Source: a virus (Duplodnaviria; Caudoviricetes). From it: a stretch of DNA of 64,000 bases. The notes beneath the pieces were generated by a model, which was not told where the DNA came from, ran no database searches, and saw only the letters and a program-made list of their open reading frames with translations. The stretch is from the IMG/VR virus record IMGVR_UViG_2648501258_000001, positions 1 to 64,000 of that record. One strand, 5' to 3'. The translations under genes and the position numbers were made by a program. Below are positions 44,492-53,822 of the stretch, piece by piece; position 1 is the stretch's first letter; each line of letters opens with the position of its first letter.

Positions 44492-44821
44492 ATGGCTTCT
44501 ACTCACGTCACATCTGGTCACAACACCTTGGAAATTACCGACTCGTTTGGTGACTCTGCCCAGTTTCAAATCGGTGCCACAGGCATCTATCTTGTGATTG
44601 GACACAAGCACGCCAACCCTGATCGTACCATTTCCATTGCTATCACCGAGGAATCTTCCATAGCGCTGCGAGATGCCCTTATTCGCTCCTTTCCATTGAC
44701 AGCCTCCAAGCCGTCTGTCAAGGTCGATACTGTGGGCGAGCTGTCCAGCTTCGAAGTGGTTGGCGGGAGCGTCGTAATCAACGCTAGTGCTAATTCCACT
44801 GTAATCATTAACAACAAATAA
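44492..44821 (+). CDS. hypothetical protein
   Basis: AAGGAG RBS. Confidence 0.7.
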   Translation: MASTHVTSGHNTLEITDSFGDSAQFQIGATGIYLVIGHKHANPDRTISIAITEESSIALRDALIRSFPLTASKPSVKVDTVGELSSFEVVGGSVVINASANSTVIINNK

Positions 44822-44832
44822 GGAGATTCAAA

Positions 44833-45231
44833 ATGACACATCAATACAAAGTAGGTGATCGCGTTAAACTGGTTACGAATGGTAGCTATCCCCACTACAA
44901 GCCAGGGATGGAAGGTACTGTAGTCGGCAAGTCCCGGCACGTAGGTGACGTAGTTGAGGTTGCTGTGGACGGGGATGCTAGATACCCAGAAGGCTTGAAC
45001 TTCTATCTCCGTGAAATCACTCCACTCGTAACGGACGAACTCTCAGACGTTGGAATTTTCTTCCTTATCCGTCAAAAGAAAGACGATCCTTCAAAAGTGA
45101 AGGTTTGCTGGGCAGAGTCAACCGTGTCCCGGATGTTCACTAGTCGGGAACGTGCAGAGATTGTTGCTAATCGTCAAAATTTAAACTACCCGGAGTGGAA
45201 CTACTTCGTTGTTGCAAAGGAGAGTGTATAA
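44833..45231 (+). CDS. SH3-like domain protein
   Basis: YKVGDRVKLV..GMEGTVV. Confidence 0.7.
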   Translation: MTHQYKVGDRVKLVTNGSYPHYKPGMEGTVVGKSRHVGDVVEVAVDGDARYPEGLNFYLREITPLVTDELSDVGIFFLIRQKKDDPSKVKVCWAESTVSRMFTSRERAEIVANRQNLNYPEWNYFVVAKESV

Positions 45232-46364
45232 TGGTTGAACATACTGAACGTAAACTGGCACGTATCGTCCTGATCGACTCCCTGCACCCAATCGAAGGTG
45301 CTGACCGTATCGAACTAGCAATGGTTGGTGGCTGGCAGGTTGTTGTGCAGAAAGGCTTGTATGTTCCCGGCAGTAAGGCTGTCTACTTCGAAGTAGATTC
45401 GTTGCTTCCATTGGATCGCCCATGCTTTGCGTCTCTGTCGGGTATCAGCTCGAAGCTGCAATTCGTCATCGACGGCCACCAGTATGCTCGCATAAAGACC
45501 ATGAAACTGCGTAAGCAGCTCTCTCAGGGCTTCTGTGTGCCTGCAAGCGAAGTGGTAGCCAGCCATTTGGATGTTGATACCGACATGACCAAAGCTCTCG
45601 GTGTGATCAAGTATGAGAGTGCTGGCGAGAAAGGTATGAATGGTACTCCTGGCATGAAGACTGGTTCTTCTGTGCTTGGCTTCCCGAAATTTATCCCGAA
45701 GACTGATCAAACTCGTTTGCAAAATATCCCTGTCCAGTTTGCACAGGCTCGGGACTCTGGTGAGCTGTTCGAGAAGACCTTCAAGCTTGATGGCTCTAGC
45801 CTCACTGCGTTCATTAAGGACGGCACCCTGGGAGTTGCATCTCGTAACGTTGGATTCCGGGTCAAGGATGAAATAATCCCACTGGTCACTGCCGTTAAGA
45901 GATTCTTGCAGGGTAAAGGCTGGAAGCGTGTAATCAAGGCAGATGATAATGCTTTCATTCAAATGGCAGAGAAGGCTGGCCTGCTGTCTGTACTGTCTCG
46001 GAAAGAAGTGGGGCTAGGTAATATTGCAATTCAAGGTGAAATGGTCGGCCCTTCCATTCAGAAAAACTTTGAAGGTGTTGCAGAGAACGAGTTCTACTGC
46101 TACGATATTTACTTGATTGATGAGCAGCGCTACATGCTCCCTAAAGAGCGTCAGGAATTCTGTAATAAGTATTACATCAGTCACGTTCCTCTGGCTTCTA
46201 ACCACGCTGTGACTCTGCCTGTGGATGTTGCATCTGCTATTGCTGACGCGGACGGTCCTAGCGGCCTGAAAGGTAAATACCGTGAAGGTTTTGTCTACAA
46301 GTCGATGACTCGTGACTTCTCGTTCAAGGTGATCAGTAACGCCTACTTGCTCAAGGAGGAATAA
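45231..46364 (+). CDS. RNA ligase (Rnl2/DRB0094 family) with N-terminal OB domain
   Basis: PIEGADRIE, PKTDQTR, KLDGSS (motif I), QGE, EGFVYK, SFKVISN. Confidence 0.9.
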   Translation: MVEHTERKLARIVLIDSLHPIEGADRIELAMVGGWQVVVQKGLYVPGSKAVYFEVDSLLPLDRPCFASLSGISSKLQFVIDGHQYARIKTMKLRKQLSQGFCVPASEVVASHLDVDTDMTKALGVIKYESAGEKGMNGTPGMKTGSSVLGFPKFIPKTDQTRLQNIPVQFAQARDSGELFEKTFKLDGSSLTAFIKDGTLGVASRNVGFRVKDEIIPLVTAVKRFLQGKGWKRVIKADDNAFIQMAEKAGLLSVLSRKEVGLGNIAIQGEMVGPSIQKNFEGVAENEFYCYDIYLIDEQRYMLPKERQEFCNKYYISHVPLASNHAVTLPVDVASAIADADGPSGLKGKYREGFVYKSMTRDFSFKVISNAYLLKEE

Positions 46365-46463
46365 ATGAGTAGTTTCTGTATGTTCAAGACATGCATACAC
46401 TGCGGGACAGTGCAATACTACCAAGGCATCTGCACTCGTTGCGGTAAACATTGTTTGCGATGA
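46365..46463 (+). CDS. 32-aa zinc-ribbon peptide
   Basis: CIHC...CTRC; GGAGG RBS. Confidence 0.45.
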   Translation: MSSFCMFKTCIHCGTVQYYQGICTRCGKHCLR

Positions 46464-46490
46464 ACTGATAGGCACAAAGAAGCCCAGCCG

Positions 46491-46814
46491 TCACCGACGC
46501 TGGGCTCTTAGTCTTTCTCGAAGATCATCCTGTTCTCTCTTAATCCTTTTCATATCATCATCCAACAAATCATATCGCTTATTCGCAACGAATTGGAGGG
46601 TGTTGATTTGCTCCTGCAAGTTGTTGACCTTCTGCTCATATTTCCTTTCAACAGATTCAATACGTCTATTGAAATCTTGCTTGGCTACTTCAAGTTCTAC
46701 TTGGCTTGTTTTATTATTGTAGGCGGGGAAAGCCAAGAGGCTAATGCAGACAAGGAGAGCAATAAGAAGAGCCCCGATAGCCGAAACCATCGACCAATCT
46801 TGTGTCCTTGTCAT
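46491..46814 (-). CDS. TM plus coiled-coil protein of the lysis region
   Basis: N-terminal TM helix and coiled coil. Confidence 0.65.
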   Translation of the reverse strand: MTRTQDWSMVSAIGALLIALLVCISLLAFPAYNNKTSQVELEVAKQDFNRRIESVERKYEQKVNNLQEQINTLQFVANKRYDLLDDDMKRIKREQDDLRERLRAQRR

Positions 46815-46826
46815 AGTATGTTCCCC

Positions 46827-47123
46827 TTATTTCTTACTTGAAGTGGACTCCAACCTATCCATTAGACGCTCAAGCCACTTGTTAGTAACTTGTTGTTCGT
46901 TCTTGAGAGATGTGATCTTAGAATCCATTGAAGATTCTAGTCTATTGATTGCGGAGTTTAGTTTATCTTCTGTTACTGTAGTAGCTTGTAGTGTATAGAT
47001 TCTATCGTCTAGTTTGCCAATCTGCGTCTGCTGGTATCCAACGACACCCACACAGATCATCAGTAGTGCTCCGGCAACATATCCTAGAACCGACTTGACC
47101 ATACTGGTTGTTTCGTCGCTCAT
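46827..47123 (-). CDS. TM plus coiled-coil protein of the lysis region (holin/antiholin candidate)
   Basis: single N-terminal TM helix. Confidence 0.6.
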   Translation of the reverse strand: MSDETTSMVKSVLGYVAGALLMICVGVVGYQQTQIGKLDDRIYTLQATTVTEDKLNSAINRLESSMDSKITSLKNEQQVTNKWLERLMDRLESTSSKK

Positions 47124-47626
47124 TTAAGAAGTTCCTGTTTTAGTACGTTAAGGAATTCACTAAAGTCTTCTACGGTCGTATTTGATCGTCCAAGATTAGC
47201 GAAAGTTGAAGTAATCACTACATTCTCCCTAACGTAGCCTCTACTGTTGTCGAGTCTGTCCAATGAGGGTTTGAGCGGGTGCCTGTCAGGGAGCCCATTA
47301 CTTTCATCCAGAGCAATACCTAGCCAATAACACTTCCCATTTTGAGATTCCCATATAGATTGTATATCTTCGACTGATATGGAGTGCTCTAGTTTTCGAG
47401 TATTTGCACTCGATTTAGAACCTCTTTGCAGTCGAACAGTCCAGTGGAGCCTGTTTCTAGAAGCTATTGCAGATTGGTTTGCTTTTGCTCGTCGTGTAGC
47501 TCTGTACTCACGCGCATAGATTTTATTGCAATCCTTGCATCGGTAGTCCAGACCATCTTCATTGGAAGCTCTTTTACCAAAATCCTCTTTGGGTTTAGTC
47601 AGTTTGCATTTTGAACAAGCTTTCAT
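47120..47626 (-). CDS. HNH-like endonuclease inserted in the lysis cassette
   Basis: CSKC..C..C; QNGKCYW..PSLDRLDNSRGYVRENVV. Confidence 0.8.
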   Translation of the reverse strand: MKACSKCKLTKPKEDFGKRASNEDGLDYRCKDCNKIYAREYRATRRAKANQSAIASRNRLHWTVRLQRGSKSSANTRKLEHSISVEDIQSIWESQNGKCYWLGIALDESNGLPDRHPLKPSLDRLDNSRGYVRENVVITSTFANLGRSNTTVEDFSEFLNVLKQELLK

Positions 47627-47913
47627 TTGTATAACTTCTTCTGCTCTTCAATCCAAGTCTTTATTGACTCGATTCGAGTGTTACAGCGGTATACTTCATA
47701 TGTGTTGACCACGTAACCGTGAGCCAATGCACGAACAGTGTCTTCCTTAACACGCTCTGGTATGCACACTTGCAGAAGATTATCTGGAGGTGCAATAAGG
47801 ATCGTCTTTGTTTCCACTACAGTATGCGTTGTCGAGCAAGCGCATAGTGTCAGGAGAAATACGGACGTCATCAGGGTATCTCTTAGGAGCCTCTGTAGGC
47901 TTCGTAGTGCCAT
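47623..47913 (-). CDS. o-spanin (Rz1-like lipoprotein)
   Basis: LCACS lipobox; overlaps the i-spanin in another frame. Confidence 0.75.
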   Translation of the reverse strand: MALRSLQRLLRDTLMTSVFLLTLCACSTTHTVVETKTILIAPPDNLLQVCIPERVKEDTVRALAHGYVVNTYEVYRCNTRIESIKTWIEEQKKLYK

Positions 47914-48223
47914 TTACTTCAATCTCCGGTAGGGTGATGTGGGGGATGGAGTTTAAAGCGTCCAGATCGCCTGTACGGGACTCGTTGAGGCTGTCTATAG
48001 CCTTCTGCGTGCCCTGTATCAAGGAAAGAGACGCTGCACAGCTTTCGCCTGCAACTCTCACAGCCTCTGCGTTGGCATTAGCCACACCTTGCAGCTGTGT
48101 AATACTACCTTCCGCTACAGCAACCTTCCCGATTAGATGGTATGTTGACCAACTCAGGGAGAGGGTTGCAATAAGAAGGACTGCAATAAGGTAATTCTTT
48201 ATTGAATCAAATATGTTAAGCAC
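47780..48223 (-). CDS. i-spanin (Rz-like)
   Basis: N-terminal TM helix, coiled coil, position in lysis cassette. Confidence 0.75.
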   Translation of the reverse strand: MLNIFDSIKNYLIAVLLIATLSLSWSTYHLIGKVAVAEGSITQLQGVANANAEAVRVAGESCAASLSLIQGTQKAIDSLNESRTGDLDALNSIPHITLPEIEVNGTTKPTEAPKRYPDDVRISPDTMRLLDNAYCSGNKDDPYCTSR

Positions 48224-48434
48224 TCTCTTCTACCTTCTCGGGTTCGTCATCCACAACATCCGCTGTCATGTAGTACGCTAGTCCAGCTCGAATACACGCA
48301 CATACTGTTGCGATAGCTGCATAGGAACCGGGTGGAAGAAGAGGTTGCCATAACATCATCAAAGGCTCTGCTGCAAGGAATATCGCAGCTAGTGTCCCTA
48401 GAGCGAATCTAGTTCTACTCATCTTCTTTGACAT
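48216..48434 (-). CDS. putative holin
   Basis: 72 aa, two TM helices, charged C-tail. Confidence 0.65.
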   Translation of the reverse strand: MSKKMSRTRFALGTLAAIFLAAEPLMMLWQPLLPPGSYAAIATVCACIRAGLAYYMTADVVDDEPEKVEESA

Positions 48435-48450
48435 GTCAACCTCCGTCGTT

Positions 48451-48981
48451 TTATTTAAAGCTTGCGTAAGCCGCAGCTAGTTTAGTATCGTGTAGGAACT
48501 CTCTGAATTCCGATTCAGTGCATTCTGATCTGCCCATGTTTGCAAAGGAAGATGAAAGCACAACGTTACCCTTGACATAACCTTTCGACGGGTCAATTCG
48601 ATCAAGGGATGGTTTACTTGGATGCCTGTTCGACAGTGTAGAACTATCGCCAAGCTTGATCCCAAGCCAGTAACACCTACCTTCTTGTATGTGCCACAAG
48701 TATTTAAGGTGTTCCGCTGTGATTGCGTGTTCAAGGTTGCGAGCCTTGGCACTGCTCTTAGAGCCATAGATCAAATTATCAGCCCAATGACGAGCTTTAT
48801 ATCTACCTCGACCACTGGCTCTCCGTGTATCAGCGTTCTTACCATAAGACTCTGCGTGCTTGACTTTGAAACAAGGCTTACAGTAATTTGCAAGCCCGTC
48901 CTTGGTTCTGGCATTCTTCCCAAAGTTTTCATGAGCCAAAGATTCGCAACACTTTGGGCATCGCTTATACAAAACTTGCAT
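48451..48981 (-). CDS. HNH-like endonuclease, paralogue of 47120-47626
   Basis: QEGRCYW..PSLDRIDPSKGYVKGNVV. Confidence 0.8.
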   Translation of the reverse strand: MQVLYKRCPKCCESLAHENFGKNARTKDGLANYCKPCFKVKHAESYGKNADTRRASGRGRYKARHWADNLIYGSKSSAKARNLEHAITAEHLKYLWHIQEGRCYWLGIKLGDSSTLSNRHPSKPSLDRIDPSKGYVKGNVVLSSSFANMGRSECTESEFREFLHDTKLAAAYASFK

Positions 48982-49522
48982 ATGCTTCAGCCAAACGGGA
49001 ATCGTAGTTGTTCTTAGCGTAGTCAGGCCCATTATACAGCCTAGCAAACTTAGCCCAGTCTTTTTGTTTGAGTGCTTGGTGCATTCCCGGATTGATCTTG
49101 ATAAACTTCACAAATGTGTCAAGTTGTCCAGCTTCACTTTTGTATTGAACATTAATGAAGTCTTGGACGCTTGTATATCCAAGAGCCTTCCAGTGAAATC
49201 CCATGATCTGGAACAATCCCCAAGAGGCGCTTTGAAGCGCACATTCTCTGTCTATTGCGACAGCAGTAGCTAGTCTCGCATGTTCTGCAACTCCACCCTT
49301 GTACCCCCCAGCCTTTGGATTACAAACTTCGTTAACTACAGGCTCCTTGCCTGTCTTAGCCTTCAACAGTTTATACATCCAATGACGTTCGAATAGGATT
49401 ACAGGCTCACCAGAAGCAAGAAAGCCGCTCCCGCGACTCTCCACTTTGGTAACTGCTTGAACACATGCAACTTCAACTCCCAGCTCGATGGCCGCAGCTT
49501 TGTAGTCCTCTAGTGTCAGCAT
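48965..49522 (-). CDS. endolysin, N-acetylmuramidase (DUF3380 family)
   Basis: VES.G.GF, ILFERH, SWGLFQIMGF, FARLYNGP.Y..N.YD. Confidence 0.9.
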   Translation of the reverse strand: MLTLEDYKAAAIELGVEVACVQAVTKVESRGSGFLASGEPVILFERHWMYKLLKAKTGKEPVVNEVCNPKAGGYKGGVAEHARLATAVAIDRECALQSASWGLFQIMGFHWKALGYTSVQDFINVQYKSEAGQLDTFVKFIKINPGMHQALKQKDWAKFARLYNGPDYAKNNYDSRLAEAYASFV

Positions 49523-49523
49523 G

Positions 49524-50996
49524 TTAAACTCCAATTGCCCACCAGCGGATAATCCCACCGATGTTAGTTGTATTACTTTCCCAGATTCTAGCTGTAAACC
49601 CACTGTTAGTCAGGTTAATGGCGTTGATTGAGCAAGCTTGCAGTCCGCCCTCTGTAGCTGTAACTGTGAACACCTGAGCAAAAGGAACCGCAAATGTGAC
49701 AGGGTAGTCAGTAACTACAGCAATATCGTTGTGACCTGTGTTGCCCCACTGGAGCAAGAGTCCATTTGGAAGTCTAGAGCTTCCGTTTGCTGAAAGTACC
49801 GCAGTGAAGTCTAAAGATGTTGCCCCATAGACGTTCATTGTCGCAGCTGACCCTAGTCCGAGGTTGTTACGAGCTGCTTGGCTGTTGGTTAGATCAGACA
49901 AGTTGCTAGTACGAGCTAGCCAAGTTGTACTCGGGTAGACTGCTGCATCTCCTAGCCCTAGGTTTGCTCTAGCGACTGCAATGTTTGCAATGCCTGCAAG
50001 GTTTGCAGATTTGAATAGAACATCCGCAGAAGGCGTAACAGCCATATCCGCAAGGCCAAGATTGGTTCTTGCAGCAGAAGGACTGGTCAGCTCTGAGAGA
50101 TTATTACCTGTTTGCAAGAATGACCCAACAGATTGTGTAGCAATCGAACCAAGTCCGAGGTTGTTGCGTGCGACAGCCGCGTTTGTAATCTCGGCAAGGT
50201 TGTTGGTAGCCCGCAGGAACGACGTTGATGCCTGGGTTGCAATATCCCCTAGGCCAAGGTTAGAACGTGCCGTAGCGACGTTACCAAGCCCTGCAAGGTT
50301 CCCAGACTTCTTCAAGTACACTGTGCTGGCTTTCAACGGGGTGATAGCCTTAGTGTCATTTGTTCCGGTTTCAGTCTCTCCTACTGTAGCCAGAGAGATT
50401 TGACCAACAGTAGATTCTGTGGCAGACAACAGTAGGCTGCTCAATTGCCCCAACGGCACAGCATGGTTTGCACCAACAGCAGTTCCAACGTTAAACTGTT
50501 GGCTAGCATTTCCGTTCAATGCGGCAAAACGAAGGTCACTCTCTGACTTACTGTACACTGACAAGTTTGTACGAGCAGCTACTGGGTTTGTGATTCCAGA
50601 TAGAGTTGCATAGTTATTCAAGTGAACTGTCAACTGGTTTTGAACAACAGCTACAGAGCCATAGACTTCGAATGCTCTAGCCCAGTAAGGAGAGTTAAGC
50701 GGGTTCACAGGGTTGAAGTTTGTGTTTGTTGCAACGCACTTATAGATTAAACCGTCAGACCCTTGAGTATAACTCAAGTTACCCTGGTACTCTGTCTCAT
50801 TGTCCCACTCTGGAATACCATGTTGGTTAATGTGTGCAATAAATGTATCTTGTCTGTTATCGAGCCAGTTCTGGTATTGGTAAGGTGGAAGTTCAACCAC
50901 CCAACCAATATTCAGCTTCTGTAGGCCCGGATCGACTTTAGTACCACCAGCAGCCCATAGTTGGTTAATGCCGGATGGTTTGACGATGTTAGCCAT
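49524..50996 (-). CDS. tail fibre protein with ~32-aa tandem repeats
   Basis: repeated NL..L.N...AR.NLGLG; C-terminal LPNGLLLQWG. Confidence 0.85.
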   Translation of the reverse strand: MANIVKPSGINQLWAAGGTKVDPGLQKLNIGWVVELPPYQYQNWLDNRQDTFIAHINQHGIPEWDNETEYQGNLSYTQGSDGLIYKCVATNTNFNPVNPLNSPYWARAFEVYGSVAVVQNQLTVHLNNYATLSGITNPVAARTNLSVYSKSESDLRFAALNGNASQQFNVGTAVGANHAVPLGQLSSLLLSATESTVGQISLATVGETETGTNDTKAITPLKASTVYLKKSGNLAGLGNVATARSNLGLGDIATQASTSFLRATNNLAEITNAAVARNNLGLGSIATQSVGSFLQTGNNLSELTSPSAARTNLGLADMAVTPSADVLFKSANLAGIANIAVARANLGLGDAAVYPSTTWLARTSNLSDLTNSQAARNNLGLGSAATMNVYGATSLDFTAVLSANGSSRLPNGLLLQWGNTGHNDIAVVTDYPVTFAVPFAQVFTVTATEGGLQACSINAINLTNSGFTARIWESNTTNIGGIIRWWAIGV

Positions 50997-51007
50997 GTTA
51001 TGTCCTC

Positions 51008-51388
51008 TTAGATTGTATCAGGAGCGATAGGACGGTGTTTATTGTCTGGGAACTTGGCATGGTCAGGCCATGCTCTCAGCGCCACACGATACTTACGCCA
51101 GTCACTTGGGAGTCCAACACCATCCCCATCCTCAGATTTCAATAGGGAGATATCAGCACGAGCGAGTTCAGTATTACGCCATTGTCTTTCTAGGTCTGGC
51201 AAGTCCGAGGCAGGAATAACAAAGTCTTTTAGGACAATCTTATTCCGCAGAACTGATAGCACTTTACCGTTATTTCTTGCTTCCAAAAGCTCTGCGTGAT
51301 ATTCATCAGACAGAGCAATCAGGTTCTTATCTTTAGGGTCTTCATCATACCAATCGAATCCCAGTGTTGTTTTGTTTAGAAAATTCAT
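51008..51388 (-). CDS. tail fibre assembly chaperone
   Basis: ERQWRN.EL..AD...WRKYRVALRAWP....FP...RP. Confidence 0.85.
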   Translation of the reverse strand: MNFLNKTTLGFDWYDEDPKDKNLIALSDEYHAELLEARNNGKVLSVLRNKIVLKDFVIPASDLPDLERQWRNTELARADISLLKSEDGDGVGLPSDWRKYRVALRAWPDHAKFPDNKHRPIAPDTI

Positions 51389-51397
51389 GATTTCTCC

Positions 51398-53806
51398 TTA
51401 GTAGCCAGTAGCAATAACGTAAGCCACACCATTACCAACGTAGTTACCACCGTGGACAGTGATGAACTTGGTGTTATCTACGATTCTCATGTTCAGACCA
51501 TAACTTGCAGCATCTCCCATTGCAGCCGCATCAATACAGCAAGATACACTTGTGCAAGCTGTTGGGAATGAGCGTGGGAAGAATTTGAAGTCTGACCCAG
51601 ACGCACTTGAAGTCACTTTCATCCATTGAATGATTGCCCCGCCAGGAAGCATGGCCCAACCATTAGCTGCTTGCGATTGTGGAACAGCTGCAATGTTAGC
51701 ATGTTGGATGTTTGTGATACTCGAACCGCTACCAATGAATCCACCTTGAGCTTGAATAGCAGAGTCGCAAAGGAATCCCTTGTTACCGTATACTCTAACC
51801 CATGTTGAGTCTGTCTGGTAAATACCACCACCGTAGGTGTTGTTAACCCACCCGCTCTGTCCAGTAGAACCGAACCAATTTCCAGTTACAAAACTACCTG
51901 TAGAGAGTACTGTTCTTGCAATCAAGTTAATAACGCCAGTACCGTCACCAGCGTTGGCGTAGTTCTCAACTTGGATACGAGTATCGTAATTGACTCCAGT
52001 GCTACCAGCACCTCGCATAGACCACATCCCCGGCCCTGAAATATTCTCTCCTGTAGAGAAGATAGACGGGATGGTTACGTTCGCTGTTCCATCAAAAGAA
52101 ACTCCATTGATTGTTCTAGCTGTTGCAAGTCTTGTAGCTGTCGGAGCCACAGCATTACCATCTGTTCTTACCCACGCAGTCCAGACGTTAGAAATGCAAC
52201 TACGCATGTAGCTACGCGCTGGGCCAGAGGGGTTATATTCGATAGCTGTTTGAGCTTTCCCGCCTGTAGATTTGTTCAAGTAGAACATCGTATTGATGAA
52301 CCAGTATCTTGAAGCGTCAGGGGTATTTGCATGGGTAAGCAGCGCCCAAGGAATTGTCAATCCATCAGGATCAGTCCCTTCTGTTGGACCACTAGTTACA
52401 TTAACTGTGGCAACATCTTGCTTCAAAGCAAGTTGAGCGTTGACCTGTGCAATAACTCCAGCAGTTACAATGTCTGTCAATTGTTGAACGTTACCAGTAT
52501 GGTACAGCTCTACCCATGGGGTTCCAGTAGCGTTACTCTTCAAGATCGAGCGGAAGAAGGCCCTGTTGTTACCAATTTCTTGTGCAAACTGTGCCATCCA
52601 TCCTGTGTTGTCTCCACCCCAATCTTGAGATGACATTTGCAGAGCAGCAGCAGGGGTGTTAGAACCTCCATTGAACGCATAAGCACCAGAAGCTCGTGCA
52701 GTGTTAGCATTAGTATCTAAGATTGACGGACCACCATATCCCAGGTCTCCAATCTTAGATACTCGACCGATAGTTGAATCTGTATTACCCGATGTCAGAG
52801 TGAAGCTTCTGCTGGTGTAGTTTTCAGCCCAGCCGCTCCAAACTCCAGCTACGATTGTACGAACATAGTATCGCTCAATTCCTGGACTCCCTGCAAAGTT
52901 ACCAACTGCGTATTGTGTTGCGTATCCTACTGCGTTTCCATGACTGATATGGTGAATTCTTGTCCAGCCCGGAGTAGGTCTTGCAGTCCAAGTTACAGAC
53001 GGCTCTACATCGTAGTATCCAGTTGGACGGAATGCAACGTCAGGGTCCGTGATAGAGATAGCGTTTCCGCCTAGCCCAAAGGCCCCCACCAAGAGAACAC
53101 GGTTTGCAGTAGCGTCTACCGCAGACCCTTGCACTGTGTAGTCTGCTGCGTTACCAAGTCCTAGCAGTGTTTTAACAGCCGCAGCGTTGCTTGTGGCGAT
53201 CAGGCTCCGACCGAATGCTGTAAGTGATGTTGTGCCTGCTGTGGTCGTACCAGTGAAGTATGGTAGAGCGTTTGTTGCAGCGACGATGCCAGATAGCGCC
53301 GTGAGGTTAACGTTAGCCTGCTGAGCATCTAGGAATCCACGTGCCTGCGATGCAGTGGTAGAGGCCAAGACTTGTTGTCCAAGCCCACCATAAGGCAAAT
53401 AGGCTGCAACACTGCTACCATTGAAGGCAGGAATGCTCATAGCCTGAACACCCAATCCTTTCACAGCTTCCAAGAATGGAGTAGAATCACTGAATGCTTT
53501 AATCCAGTTGGCTGGAGTTGTAGCTGGGTCTTTATTGACTCCAGTTAGAATGCACTTATAGACAATGTTGTTGCGTTGTACATAAGATTTGTTTGTCAGG
53601 TATTCAGTGAATTGATCCCACTCTGGAATACCCTTTTGTAGCATGTATGCAATGTTTGTATCTTGGCGGTTTTCAAACCAGTTCCACCATTGGCGAGGTA
53701 CAGCTTCGATAGCCCACCCTGCACGAACCTTAGCACTATCAGGAGCAACTACGTCACCCGCGACAGCCCAAATGTCCGTCATATCCTGCTTAATAATGTC
53801 AACCAT
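51398..53806 (-). CDS. tail fibre protein
   Basis: N-domain shared with 49524-50996; RTINGVSFDGTANV; LPGGAIIQW. Confidence 0.85.
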   Translation of the reverse strand: MVDIIKQDMTDIWAVAGDVVAPDSAKVRAGWAIEAVPRQWWNWFENRQDTNIAYMLQKGIPEWDQFTEYLTNKSYVQRNNIVYKCILTGVNKDPATTPANWIKAFSDSTPFLEAVKGLGVQAMSIPAFNGSSVAAYLPYGGLGQQVLASTTASQARGFLDAQQANVNLTALSGIVAATNALPYFTGTTTAGTTSLTAFGRSLIATSNAAAVKTLLGLGNAADYTVQGSAVDATANRVLLVGAFGLGGNAISITDPDVAFRPTGYYDVEPSVTWTARPTPGWTRIHHISHGNAVGYATQYAVGNFAGSPGIERYYVRTIVAGVWSGWAENYTSRSFTLTSGNTDSTIGRVSKIGDLGYGGPSILDTNANTARASGAYAFNGGSNTPAAALQMSSQDWGGDNTGWMAQFAQEIGNNRAFFRSILKSNATGTPWVELYHTGNVQQLTDIVTAGVIAQVNAQLALKQDVATVNVTSGPTEGTDPDGLTIPWALLTHANTPDASRYWFINTMFYLNKSTGGKAQTAIEYNPSGPARSYMRSCISNVWTAWVRTDGNAVAPTATRLATARTINGVSFDGTANVTIPSIFSTGENISGPGMWSMRGAGSTGVNYDTRIQVENYANAGDGTGVINLIARTVLSTGSFVTGNWFGSTGQSGWVNNTYGGGIYQTDSTWVRVYGNKGFLCDSAIQAQGGFIGSGSSITNIQHANIAAVPQSQAANGWAMLPGGAIIQWMKVTSSASGSDFKFFPRSFPTACTSVSCCIDAAAMGDAASYGLNMRIVDNTKFITVHGGNYVGNGVAYVIATGY

Positions 53807-53822
53807 TTGTAGTTCCTCTTGA

